Source: Bacteroidales bacterium (GTDB taxonomy: Bacteria; Bacteroidota; Bacteroidia; Bacteroidales; F082). Taken from it: a stretch of 64,000 bases of DNA. Below are positions 56,601 to 64,000 of this stretch, piece after piece. The notes under the pieces were generated by a model. That model was not told the DNA's origin. It did not search any database and worked only from the letters and a program-made list of their open reading frames with translations. The stretch's first letter is position 1, and each line of letters opens with the position of its first letter. A program made the position numbers and the translations under genes. The stretch spans positions 109,124 through 173,123 of the forward strand of contig JAFYHS010000012.1 of assembly GCA_017539045.1 (NCBI GenBank). The letters are read 5' to 3'.

Positions 56601-56961
56601 CGCGGTTATAGTCGTCGACACTGATCTTCTTGCCGATGTCTTCCTTGGTGATGCCGAGTTTCTTCTCTACGCCCAGTTCGACGGGCAGGCCGTGGGTGTC
56701 CCAGCCGGCCTTACGCACCACGTGTTTGCCTTTCAGGGTCTGGTAGCGGCAAACCACGTCTTTGATCGAGCGGGCCATCACATGGTGGATGCCCGGGGTG
56801 CCGTTGGCGCTCGGTGGACCTTCATAAAACACAAAAGCATTGTCCTTGTCGCGATTGTCAAGGCTCTTTTGGAAGGTGTCGTTCTCTTCCCAATACTTTC
56901 GGATGGCATCAGCTGTCTCGGTGAGATTCAGCTGTTTATATTCCTTGTAGTTGTTGTTCAT
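53638..56961 (-). CDS. ileS: Isoleucine--tRNA ligase
   Basis: FVFYEGPPSANGTPGIHHVMAR (HIGH region), GNKMSKRLGN (KMSKS), and a CP1 editing region; 1107 aa. Confidence 0.95.
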   Translation of the reverse strand: MNNNYKEYKQLNLTETADAIRKYWEENDTFQKSLDNRDKDNAFVFYEGPPSANGTPGIHHVMARSIKDVVCRYQTLKGKHVVRKAGWDTHGLPVELGVEKKLGITKEDIGKKISVDDYNRACREEVMKYKDMWDDLTRKMGYWVNLNDPYITFTNDYIETLWFLLKDLYNKGLLYKGYTIQPYSPAAGTGLSSHELNMPGCYRDVKDLTCVALFKLKGEKWKDTHAIAWTTTPWTLPSNTALCVGPNIDYVLLKTVHPYTEEPCQILMAKALVETMFKEAPEVIAEYKGKDLVGIEYEQLIPWVNPGEGAFRIIPGDYVTTEDGTGIVHIAPTFGADDKRVAAAAGIPPLQMIDKDGKPQPMVDRTGKFFRIEDLDPEFVKNCMDVEAYRPYAGQFVKNAYDPTKTEKDKSLDVDIVMLLKEQGKLFKSEKHTHNYPHCWRTDKPVLYYPLDSWFIKTTALKDRMIELNKTINWKPEATGSGRFGNWLENLVDWNLSRSRYWGTPLPIWRTEDGKEEICIGSVEELRNEIEKSIKAGFMKENPYASDDYTKFDLHRPYIDGVILCSASGKKMMREPDLIDVWFDSGAMPYAQYHYMGKKGQLGKDVFPADFIAEGVDQTRGWFFTLHAIATMCFDSVAYKNVISNGLVLDKNGNKMSKRLGNAVDPFGAIEKYGADAVRWYMITNSQPWDNLKFDEAGVDEVRRKFFGTLYNTYAFFALYANIDKFDYSQADIDIKERPEIDRWILSELNSLILEVDNAYQSYEPTRAGRAIADFVDAHLSNWYVRLSRRRFWKSEDNTDKLSAYQTLYTCLETVARLSSPIAPFFSEQLYRDLNNVTGRNKAESVHLTDFPEANKTFIDKALEERMEAAQLISSLVLSLRKKANIRVRQPLSKIMIPVANEEMKAQIEKVSHLIKSEVNIKEIEFLSPDNNILVKNVKPNFKTLGKKYGKQMKQIQAYFTNMSQDEIHAFEKNGGTHLNVDGVDVELTLEDALISTQDIPGWAVTSQDDLTVALDMTITDELMQEGLAREIVNRVQNLRKTGGFEVTDRIELLIEKNDKINNAVAKYGDYICNETLATITEVDALEGVEAEELVEGINVKLKIQKK

Positions 56962-56988
56962 AAGATACTATGCTCCTATTTTAAGGCG

Positions 56989-56996
56989 CAAAGATA
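56989..56996 (-). promoter_or_regulatory. Candidate -7 box (TATCTTTG) for ileS-dksA-lspA
   Basis: caaagata on the plus strand, 28 nt upstream of the ileS ATG. Confidence 0.45.
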
Positions 56997-57031
56997 CGAA
57001 ATCTTAATGAATGGGTAACAAAGAATGTGTT

Positions 57032-57832
57032 TTATTCCATTCTTTCCGCGCAAAACGCGGTCAAATCACGCAGTGCCTCGATGATTTCCGAAGGCGGGAA
57101 GCCTCCAAGGGCTTGCAAAGCTTTGTCGTGATAAATGGGAAGTAAAGCTTGGGCTTGTTCCAAGTTTTCCCCATCAAGGAGGTCGTCGCGGAGCTGGAAG
57201 AGGATGCCGAAGTTGATGCCGAAGTTGGCGATTTGCTGGACTTGTTCGGACGTAGCATTCACCGAGAGGGCCCCTGCGGCACAGCAGGAACGCATCAGCA
57301 TGGCGGTTTTTCTTGTTATGATGTCTAAATAGGCATCGGTTGTAACCGATGCATCTTGCATCAGTTCCCCTTCGCTCATGGCAGCGGTGGTGCGTAGCAT
57401 CTCCTGTAGGATGGCATGGTCGCCAGGCTCGCTGAGCAGAAGCATGGCCTTAGCCAAAAGGAAATCACCGGCCAGCACGGCCGACAGGTTGCCGAACTGG
57501 GCTTTCACGGAGCTTCTGCCGCGGCGTTCGTCGGCATCGTCCACCACATCGTCGTGGAGAAGCGTGGCGCTGTGCACCAACTCCACAAAGGTGGCTGCAC
57601 GCACTGTCCGTTCGTTGACTTGGCCAAAGAGCTTCGCGCACAATAGCACCAACACGGGACGAAGCCGCTTGCCGCGCGTGTCGCCCACGTAGCGCATGAT
57701 GCTGTTCATAGGCTCGGTGTCGGCATGTAAAGTCTTCTCGAAGAAGGCCTCAAATTGTGCCAACTCCGTGGCGATGGGGGATATGATTTGTGCCAATTCT
57801 TTCACGGCTGCAAAAATAGAATAAAATTGCAC
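57032..57832 (-). CDS. Polyprenyl synthetase family protein (unusually short; start uncertain)
   Basis: First Asp-rich motif LLHDDVVDDADERRG and second FQLRDDLLD. It lacks the GK...D...K segment normally found after the second motif. The track start is a GTG at 57832; alternatives are discussed in the findings. Confidence 0.7.
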   Translation of the reverse strand: MQFYSIFAAVKELAQIISPIATELAQFEAFFEKTLHADTEPMNSIMRYVGDTRGKRLRPVLVLLCAKLFGQVNERTVRAATFVELVHSATLLHDDVVDDADERRGRSSVKAQFGNLSAVLAGDFLLAKAMLLLSEPGDHAILQEMLRTTAAMSEGELMQDASVTTDAYLDIITRKTAMLMRSCCAAGALSVNATSEQVQQIANFGINFGILFQLRDDLLDGENLEQAQALLPIYHDKALQALGGFPPSEIIEALRDLTAFCAERME

Positions 57833-57841
57833 GATATTTGA

Positions 57842-57849
57842 TATCTTTG
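57842..57849 (+). promoter_or_regulatory. Candidate -7 box (TATCTTTG) for the alpha-2-macroglobulin gene
   Basis: Matches TAnnTTTG, 27 nt upstream of the ATG at 57876. Confidence 0.45.
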
Positions 57850-57875
57850 CGTTATAATTTGCAAACCATTATATC

Positions 57876-60800
57876 ATGAAATACAAGGGTATCATCATCG
57901 CTGCGGCAACGCTTTTGGTCGTTGGCGCCCTCTCTTTTGCGTCGACGAACACTTTGACGAAAGTCCCGGCAGCACCTAAAAACAATTATGAAGACATGTG
58001 GAAAAAAGTAAAGGAAAACCTCGACAAGAACCTGCCTGAATCGGCAGAGAAGGAGCTGGATGCCATTGAGCAACAGGCTGCAAAAGACAAAAATGACATA
58101 CAACTGCTGAAGACCTACCTCTATCGACAAAAGATCTTCCAGTTCACCGTCGAGGAAGACCCCGACCAACACTTCATCCAATATGCCGAGTCGAAGATCG
58201 GGCAACTGGACGAGGTGTGCAACGCCCTCTTGCACGAAGAAATCGCCAAGGCTTACGCCAACTATCTGGAGTCGAACGAATGGACTATCAACGAAAACCT
58301 GCCCATCGATGGCGATATCTCCAAGGTAGAGATGAAAAATTGGGACAAGGAGAGTTTCAAGACGCGCATCAACCAACACTATGACGAGGCGCTGAAGCCC
58401 ATCGAGGCACTGAAAAAAGCCAAGACCGCAGATTTCATGGAGCTGTTTGAAAACAAGAACAACAACGAGGAAAACATCGAATACGAAGCCTCGCTCTTCG
58501 AGTTTATGTTCCACCGCGTGGCCAAATATTATCAAGAAGAGGCCAACGCCGACCAAGCCGAGGGCGACACCGAAAAGTGGTGGCTGCCCGCCAAGGACTT
58601 CGTGAAAGCCGACTTGGGCGATTTCGACAACCCGCTTGTCAAATGTCTGAAAATCTATCAGGAACTGATTGCCTACAACCTCAAAAACTCGAATGAGGAT
58701 GTTTTGATTTACAACGATTTCAAGCGTTTTGAATTCGTCAACAACACCCTCGGCATCCTTCTCCATTACACGCAATACCAAGTCGCAATGGAGGACCTGA
58801 AGGCGCAACACAAAGAAAACCCACTTTCTGCTGAAATCACAGCATTGATAGCGCGAAACTTGATGAACCAATACGAGAACAATATCGAGGACAGCACTTA
58901 TTTCGACAACTACAAGAAAGCCAAGACGATGTGCGAAGAGGCCATCGCCAAGTTCCCGAAGTCACAGGGCGCGAAAAACTGCGAAAACCTCATCAAACGC
59001 ATTGAGGAGCCGCAAATCGACCTGACTTTGAATAAAGTGCAACTGCCCAACGAGGCCATCCCCGCCGTGTTGGAATACAAAAACACGACTGCACCTTATT
59101 ATAGAATCGTGAAAGTCAGCGAGAAAGAATTGAGCAAATTGAATACTATGCAAAAGGAGGATTTGCTCAAGGAATTGAACAAAAAAATGCCCGTCGCGGA
59201 GCAGGACCTCATGTTGCCCGCTGAAACCGACTATCGCAGCCACAGCACCTTGATTGCCTTGCCCGCTTTGGAGGAAGGCATCTACTACCTGACTGCCACC
59301 ACCAAACAAGGTGTCAAGAGTGAGGATAAAACGTTGGTACTCACTTTCCAAGTCTCCAACCTCGGTTATATCGTTGACCAAAAGGACGAAAAAATGACCG
59401 TAGTGACCGTGGACCGCAAAACGGGGAAAACCGTGGAAGGCGTCACCGTGGAACTCTACCGTCGCGAGTGGGACTACAAAGCCCGCGAACACAAGACCAT
59501 CATCATCGCCACGATGAAGTCCGACAAAAACGGTCGCGCCGTGCTTGATGGCAAAGTGGGCAGCAACAATTCCTTTGGCATCAACCTGCGCAAAGGCGAT
59601 GACAACCTGCTTGCGAACAACCAATTCAGCCTCAATGAGCGATACAAGAACAACAACGAGGTGTACGAAACGAAACTCTTCACCGACCGCGCCATCTATC
59701 GTCCCGGTCAGACCGTTTACTTCCAAGGTATCGTGACGCGCCGCCAAGGTGAAGACTTGAGCCTTGTGAACAATTATTCGGAAAAGGTTTCTTTCCGCGA
59801 TGCCAACTGGCAAGAGATCAGTTCGGCCAACTTTAACACCGACGAATACGGCTCATTCAGCGGCTCTTTTGTCATCCCCTCCGACAGGCTGAACGGCGTG
59901 TTCCACCTCAACGCCAATCGTGGCAGCGTGACCATCCGTGTGGAGGAATACAAACGCCCGACTTTCGAGGTGACTTTTGAACAGCCGAAAGAGCAATACA
60001 AACTGAACCAAGAAGTTACAGTGCGCGGCGACGTGAAAGCCTACGCCGGTTTCGGCTTGGACGATGTGGAATACAGCTACCGTGTCGTCCGCAAGACCTC
60101 CTTCCCGTGGCGTTGCTGGTGGTGGTGGTACCCAGTCGTCGATGACGAGCAAATCGCCCACGGCAAGGCCCGCACCGACGAAAACGGCAAGTTCGCCATC
60201 ACCTTCAACCTGAAGCCTTCCAAGACCATCGCGCCGGAGAAACAGCCTATGTTCACCTACGAAATCGAGGTGACCGCCACGAGCAAGCAGGGCGAAACCC
60301 ACGCCGACACTTACAGCATTCGTGCGGGCTACAACGAAATCGCCATCAGCACCGACTTGCCCCGCACCATCGAGAAATCAGACATCGGCAAGTACCAAAT
60401 CACTGTGAGCAACCTCAGTTGGCAGCCCGCCAAGAGCCGCATTTCGCGGAAGATTTACCGCTATGACGACAAGGCCAAGATTAATTATTTCGAGGCGATG
60501 CAACATTTGGAAGTCCTTGACCGACAATTGCATAGTGATGAACAATTGAACAAACTTTTCCCTGAATACAGTTTCTATGACAAGCGAACCAAGACTTTGG
60601 TCGATGAGGCCGAAATTATGGTGGACGACAAGGCCAAGTTCTTGGAAGGCAAGACTTTGGAATCTGGGAATTATGTCATGGAACTCAAGAGTTTGGACGA
60701 TCCCTTGGCTGTAATGACGGAGGAATTCACTATTTACGAGAATGAAGCCAAAAAGATGCCTTATACCGCTATGGTTTGGAGCGATGTGGACAAATCGACC

Positions 60801-63800
60801 GCCCATCCCGGCGACGAAATCCATTTCAGCATCGGCAGTTCGGCCAAGGATGTGGACATTTGGGTGCAGTTGCTCCATGGCGACGAAATCCGTCTGGACA
60901 AGAAAATCACCGTCAGCAACAGTGTGCAGACCTTTACTTATAAGGTGACCGAAGGCGACCGTGGTGGCCTCAATTTCCGTTATGTCCTCTTGAAGGAAAA
61001 TGCTTTCAGGACTGGTGACGATCATATTTCCGTGCCTTTCGACAACTATGATTTGGACGTGAAATTGGCCACCGTGCGCGACAAACTCAACCCCGGTGCT
61101 GAAGAGACTTGGGAAGTGACCGTCAACGACTACAAGAAAAAACCTTTGGAGGCCGCTTTACTGGCTGGAATGTATGATGCCTCATTGGATGAATTTGAAC
61201 GCAATTACTGGAGTTTCAGTTTGTCGCCTTGGGGCCCACGCAGTTTCCGTTTTTCCACCTGTGCGCACGACTTCACCTCATCCAACACGGGGCTGGAATA
61301 CTTTTATTTCGCTGAACTCTTCAACTTCAGCCTGCCTTCTGATGCGCCCTTCTTTGATTTTGGATATGGCTTCGGAATGCGCCGTTATAGAAAAGGTGGG
61401 CGTGTGCTTTATGATGTTGTGGAAGAATATGCCGCACCGATGGAAGCGGGAGCAGCGTTAGAGAAATCCTCCAATTCAGTGGATTACGAAATCCCCTTGG
61501 TGGCACAAAATGCTGCGGATGAAGAAATGGTCGAAATAACGAAACAAGAAGGCGTTTATCTTTATGAATCAGAAGGACAGAACGAAAAAACCGAAGAATT
61601 CGCCGAGCCCACCCTCCGCGAGAACTTCAACGAGACCGCCTTCTTCTTCCCGCAACTGCGCACGAACAACGACGGTAGCGCGACCTTCAGCTTCACCATG
61701 CCCGATGCCCTCACACGTTGGCGCCTGATGCTGTTGGCTTACACCAAGGACCGCAAGACTGGCAGCAAGGACTACACTTTCACTTCGTCGAAGCCCGTGA
61801 TGATTATGGCCGACATGCCGCGCTATATGTACGACAACGACGAACTATGGTTTGTGGCCAACGTCATCAACACGGGCGATGAGCCTGTCACGCCCAAGGC
61901 GAAACTCGAGATTTTTGATGCGGGCACGATGCAACCTGTGAATTTGATTGTTATGGACGGCCCTTCGACAGGCTCAGGGACCTACACGATACCGATGGAA
62001 ACCATACAGCCCGGTCGCAGCAAGGAAGTACGCTGGAAAGTGAAGGGACAATATGATTTGAGTCTGTTGGCCTTCCGTTTCACGGCCTACGCGGGACAGT
62101 TCAGTGATGCCGAGCAGCATCTCCTGCCCGTGTTGAGCAGCGAAATCTTCATGACGCAAACCCTGCCCATCACCGTGAAGGCCGAGACCGAGAAAACCTT
62201 CGACTTCGAGGCCATCGCCAACCCCGACAGCCACGAGCGCGACTACAGCCTGACCTTGAACTTCAGCACCAACCCCGTGTGGTACGCCGTGCAGGCCCTG
62301 CCTTACCTGGCCAACGTCAGCACCGACCGCGCCGAGACGGCCTTCTATGTGTTCTATGCCAACACGCTTTCGTCCTACATCGCCGACCACATCCCGAACC
62401 TCTTGAACTACATCAAGAAATGGCAAATCGAGACGCCCGATGCCCTGCTCTCGCAACTCGAGAAAGACCAAGACTTGAAAGCCATCATGTTGCAAGAAAC
62501 GCCGTGGGTACTTGAGGCCAAGAGCGAAACCGAGCAACGTAGCCGCATCGCCAACCTGTTTGAAATCAACACGCTGCGCGGCCAACAAACCCGTGCGCTG
62601 CAACTCATCCAGCAGAAACAGAAATACAATGGCGGCTGGCCTTGGATGGATGGAATGCCCGAGAGTCCCTACATCAGCACCTATATCTTGAGCGGCTTCG
62701 GCAAGTTGCAGAAGATGGGCGCTTGGAGTTCGTTGAGCAAGGCCGACCAAAACACCGCCCAAAGCATCTGCGACAAGGCCGTGCGTTACCTCGAATACGA
62801 AGTGGCCGAGACCTATCGCAACATGAAGCGTTACAGCAAAGGCAAAGACTGGCCCATCGGTTCCAGCACTTTGAACGAACTCTATGCCTTGAGTTTCTTC
62901 AAGGAGCAAAACTCTGACAAGGACTTTGCCACGGCCAAGAAATACTACCTTGGCAGCCTCGACAAGGAGTGGACTTCGTTCAATTTCAACCAACGCTCGA
63001 AGGGAGCCTTGGTGCTCTACCGCAACGGCAACGAAAAGACCGCCAAGCTGATGATTCAGAGTTTCAAGGAATGTGCCCAGAAAAACGAGCAAATCGGCAT
63101 GTACTGGCCGAAGAAATACTTCTCGTTTGAATCGCATATCGCCACCCACGCCAACATCATGGCCGCCTTCGCCGAGATTGACCAGAACCAGGAGATGATT
63201 GACGAACTGCGTGTGTGGCTGCTGACCCAGAAGCAGACCAACAAATGGGAAAACTCCGCCTCCACCGCCGATGCCATCTATGCCCTGCTCATGCGCGGCA
63301 GCGATTGGTTCGAGGAAGGGAAGGAAGTCATCCTGCGCTTCGGCAACACGCCTATCAGCACCGAGGGCGGCGTAGCCGGCACGGGCTTCATCCAACGCCG
63401 TTGGAACGCCAACGAAGTGACACAAGACATGCGTCAACTCACCGTCAACAACCCGACCCCGCACTTGGTCTGGGGCGGTCTGTTCCGCCAGTATTTCGTC
63501 CCGATTGACGAAGTCAAGAGCGACGAGTCGGGCTTTACCATCAAGCGCGAGTTGTTTGTGGAGACGGTCACTGACAAGGGCAAGAAACTTGTTCCCGTGG
63601 AGAAGCAAGCCTTGAAAGTCGGTGACAAACTGACTGTGAAGATCACCTTCACCAGCCAGCAAGACATGAGTTTCGTCTTCATCAAGGACCTCCGCGCCGC
63701 CGGTTTCGAGCCGATAGAGCAGATCTCGCGCTATGAATACAACGACCGCATGAGCTACTACCAGAGCAACACCGACACCGACATGGAGTTCTTCATCGAG

Positions 63801-63950
63801 TTCCTGCCCAAGGGCACGCATCAGGTGGAATACAGCATGTTCGTCACCAAGGAAGGCTACCTCAACAACGGCTACGCCTTGATACAGTGTCAGTATGCGC
63901 CGGAGTTCAGTGCGTATTCTGACGGCATGCGCGTGAAGGTAGGGGAGTAA
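57876..63950 (+). CDS. Alpha-2-macroglobulin family protein (large MG-domain protein; no CxEQ thioester seen)
   Basis: 2024 aa with a signal peptide, repeated MG-like beta-sandwich segments, a TED-like region (QKYNGGWPWMDGMPESPYISTYILSGFGKL) and a C-terminal receptor-binding-like domain. Confidence 0.8.
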   Translation: MKYKGIIIAAATLLVVGALSFASTNTLTKVPAAPKNNYEDMWKKVKENLDKNLPESAEKELDAIEQQAAKDKNDIQLLKTYLYRQKIFQFTVEEDPDQHFIQYAESKIGQLDEVCNALLHEEIAKAYANYLESNEWTINENLPIDGDISKVEMKNWDKESFKTRINQHYDEALKPIEALKKAKTADFMELFENKNNNEENIEYEASLFEFMFHRVAKYYQEEANADQAEGDTEKWWLPAKDFVKADLGDFDNPLVKCLKIYQELIAYNLKNSNEDVLIYNDFKRFEFVNNTLGILLHYTQYQVAMEDLKAQHKENPLSAEITALIARNLMNQYENNIEDSTYFDNYKKAKTMCEEAIAKFPKSQGAKNCENLIKRIEEPQIDLTLNKVQLPNEAIPAVLEYKNTTAPYYRIVKVSEKELSKLNTMQKEDLLKELNKKMPVAEQDLMLPAETDYRSHSTLIALPALEEGIYYLTATTKQGVKSEDKTLVLTFQVSNLGYIVDQKDEKMTVVTVDRKTGKTVEGVTVELYRREWDYKAREHKTIIIATMKSDKNGRAVLDGKVGSNNSFGINLRKGDDNLLANNQFSLNERYKNNNEVYETKLFTDRAIYRPGQTVYFQGIVTRRQGEDLSLVNNYSEKVSFRDANWQEISSANFNTDEYGSFSGSFVIPSDRLNGVFHLNANRGSVTIRVEEYKRPTFEVTFEQPKEQYKLNQEVTVRGDVKAYAGFGLDDVEYSYRVVRKTSFPWRCWWWWYPVVDDEQIAHGKARTDENGKFAITFNLKPSKTIAPEKQPMFTYEIEVTATSKQGETHADTYSIRAGYNEIAISTDLPRTIEKSDIGKYQITVSNLSWQPAKSRISRKIYRYDDKAKINYFEAMQHLEVLDRQLHSDEQLNKLFPEYSFYDKRTKTLVDEAEIMVDDKAKFLEGKTLESGNYVMELKSLDDPLAVMTEEFTIYENEAKKMPYTAMVWSDVDKSTAHPGDEIHFSIGSSAKDVDIWVQLLHGDEIRLDKKITVSNSVQTFTYKVTEGDRGGLNFRYVLLKENAFRTGDDHISVPFDNYDLDVKLATVRDKLNPGAEETWEVTVNDYKKKPLEAALLAGMYDASLDEFERNYWSFSLSPWGPRSFRFSTCAHDFTSSNTGLEYFYFAELFNFSLPSDAPFFDFGYGFGMRRYRKGGRVLYDVVEEYAAPMEAGAALEKSSNSVDYEIPLVAQNAADEEMVEITKQEGVYLYESEGQNEKTEEFAEPTLRENFNETAFFFPQLRTNNDGSATFSFTMPDALTRWRLMLLAYTKDRKTGSKDYTFTSSKPVMIMADMPRYMYDNDELWFVANVINTGDEPVTPKAKLEIFDAGTMQPVNLIVMDGPSTGSGTYTIPMETIQPGRSKEVRWKVKGQYDLSLLAFRFTAYAGQFSDAEQHLLPVLSSEIFMTQTLPITVKAETEKTFDFEAIANPDSHERDYSLTLNFSTNPVWYAVQALPYLANVSTDRAETAFYVFYANTLSSYIADHIPNLLNYIKKWQIETPDALLSQLEKDQDLKAIMLQETPWVLEAKSETEQRSRIANLFEINTLRGQQTRALQLIQQKQKYNGGWPWMDGMPESPYISTYILSGFGKLQKMGAWSSLSKADQNTAQSICDKAVRYLEYEVAETYRNMKRYSKGKDWPIGSSTLNELYALSFFKEQNSDKDFATAKKYYLGSLDKEWTSFNFNQRSKGALVLYRNGNEKTAKLMIQSFKECAQKNEQIGMYWPKKYFSFESHIATHANIMAAFAEIDQNQEMIDELRVWLLTQKQTNKWENSASTADAIYALLMRGSDWFEEGKEVILRFGNTPISTEGGVAGTGFIQRRWNANEVTQDMRQLTVNNPTPHLVWGGLFRQYFVPIDEVKSDESGFTIKRELFVETVTDKGKKLVPVEKQALKVGDKLTVKITFTSQQDMSFVFIKDLRAAGFEPIEQISRYEYNDRMSYYQSNTDTDMEFFIEFLPKGTHQVEYSMFVTKEGYLNNGYALIQCQYAPEFSAYSDGMRVKVGE
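61957..61982 (+). repeat. Palindromic repeat family B, right-arm-only copy B4 (inside the alpha-2-macroglobulin gene)
   Basis: gacggcccttcgacaggctcagggacc matches the right arms of B1-B3. No left arm is present upstream. Confidence 0.65.
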
Positions 63951-63953
63951 GGG

Positions 63954-63980
63954 GTGTGTCGAAGACACACACTCTTATTT
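63954..63980 (+). terminator. Possible terminator hairpin after the alpha-2-macroglobulin gene
   Basis: gtgtgtc-gaa-gacacac followed by actcttattt, a weak T tract. Confidence 0.3.
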
Positions 63981-64000
63981 ACCCCATACGTAGTGTGGGG

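Overview
This 64-kb segment comes from a Bacteroidota (Bacteroidales-like) chromosome. Three things visible in the sequence support that: a SusC/SusD pair, two proteins with T9SS C-terminal sorting domains, and TAnnTTTG -7 promoter boxes upstream of most operon-first genes.

Gene content, left to right:
- a partial lipid kinase
- a SusC/SusD locus whose third gene is a T9SS-targeted PNGase F-like protein
- proS, nrdDG, rnr
- a BACON-like lipoprotein plus a GT-C-like membrane protein
- tRNA-Cys, gltX, an M28 peptidase (T9SS), tsaB
- an orphan gamma-class N6-adenine DNA methyltransferase translationally coupled to galE
- a nucleotide-sugar/amino-sugar block: rfbA, rfbB, a DUF4954-like beta-helix protein, nagB, a Gfo/Idh/MocA oxidoreductase, UDP-glucose dehydrogenase and a PIG-L-like protein
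- pnuC
- a roughly 13-kb surface-polysaccharide locus whose core (about 37.6-44.4 kb) is visibly AT-rich compared with its flanks
- methylmalonyl-CoA mutase mutAB, lspA, a dksA-like gene, ileS, a short polyprenyl synthase, and a 2024-aa alpha-2-macroglobulin-like protein

No CRISPR array, transposase, integrase or prophage genes are visible.

The most unusual content is a set of dispersed hairpin (REP/MITE-like) repeat families.
- Two families bracket two divergent small GIY-YIG nuclease genes, in an arrangement reminiscent of REP/RAYT.
- Two ~150-nt composite elements of family C hairpins sit as shared structured leaders directly upstream of two unrelated genes, and their stems show compensatory base changes.
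- Family B, and one composite copy of family A, are inserted in frame inside four intact protein-coding genes: rfbB, the PIG-L-like gene, the DegT aminotransferase (twice) and the alpha-2-macroglobulin gene.

All functional calls come from reading the translations and recalling family motifs. No searches were run.
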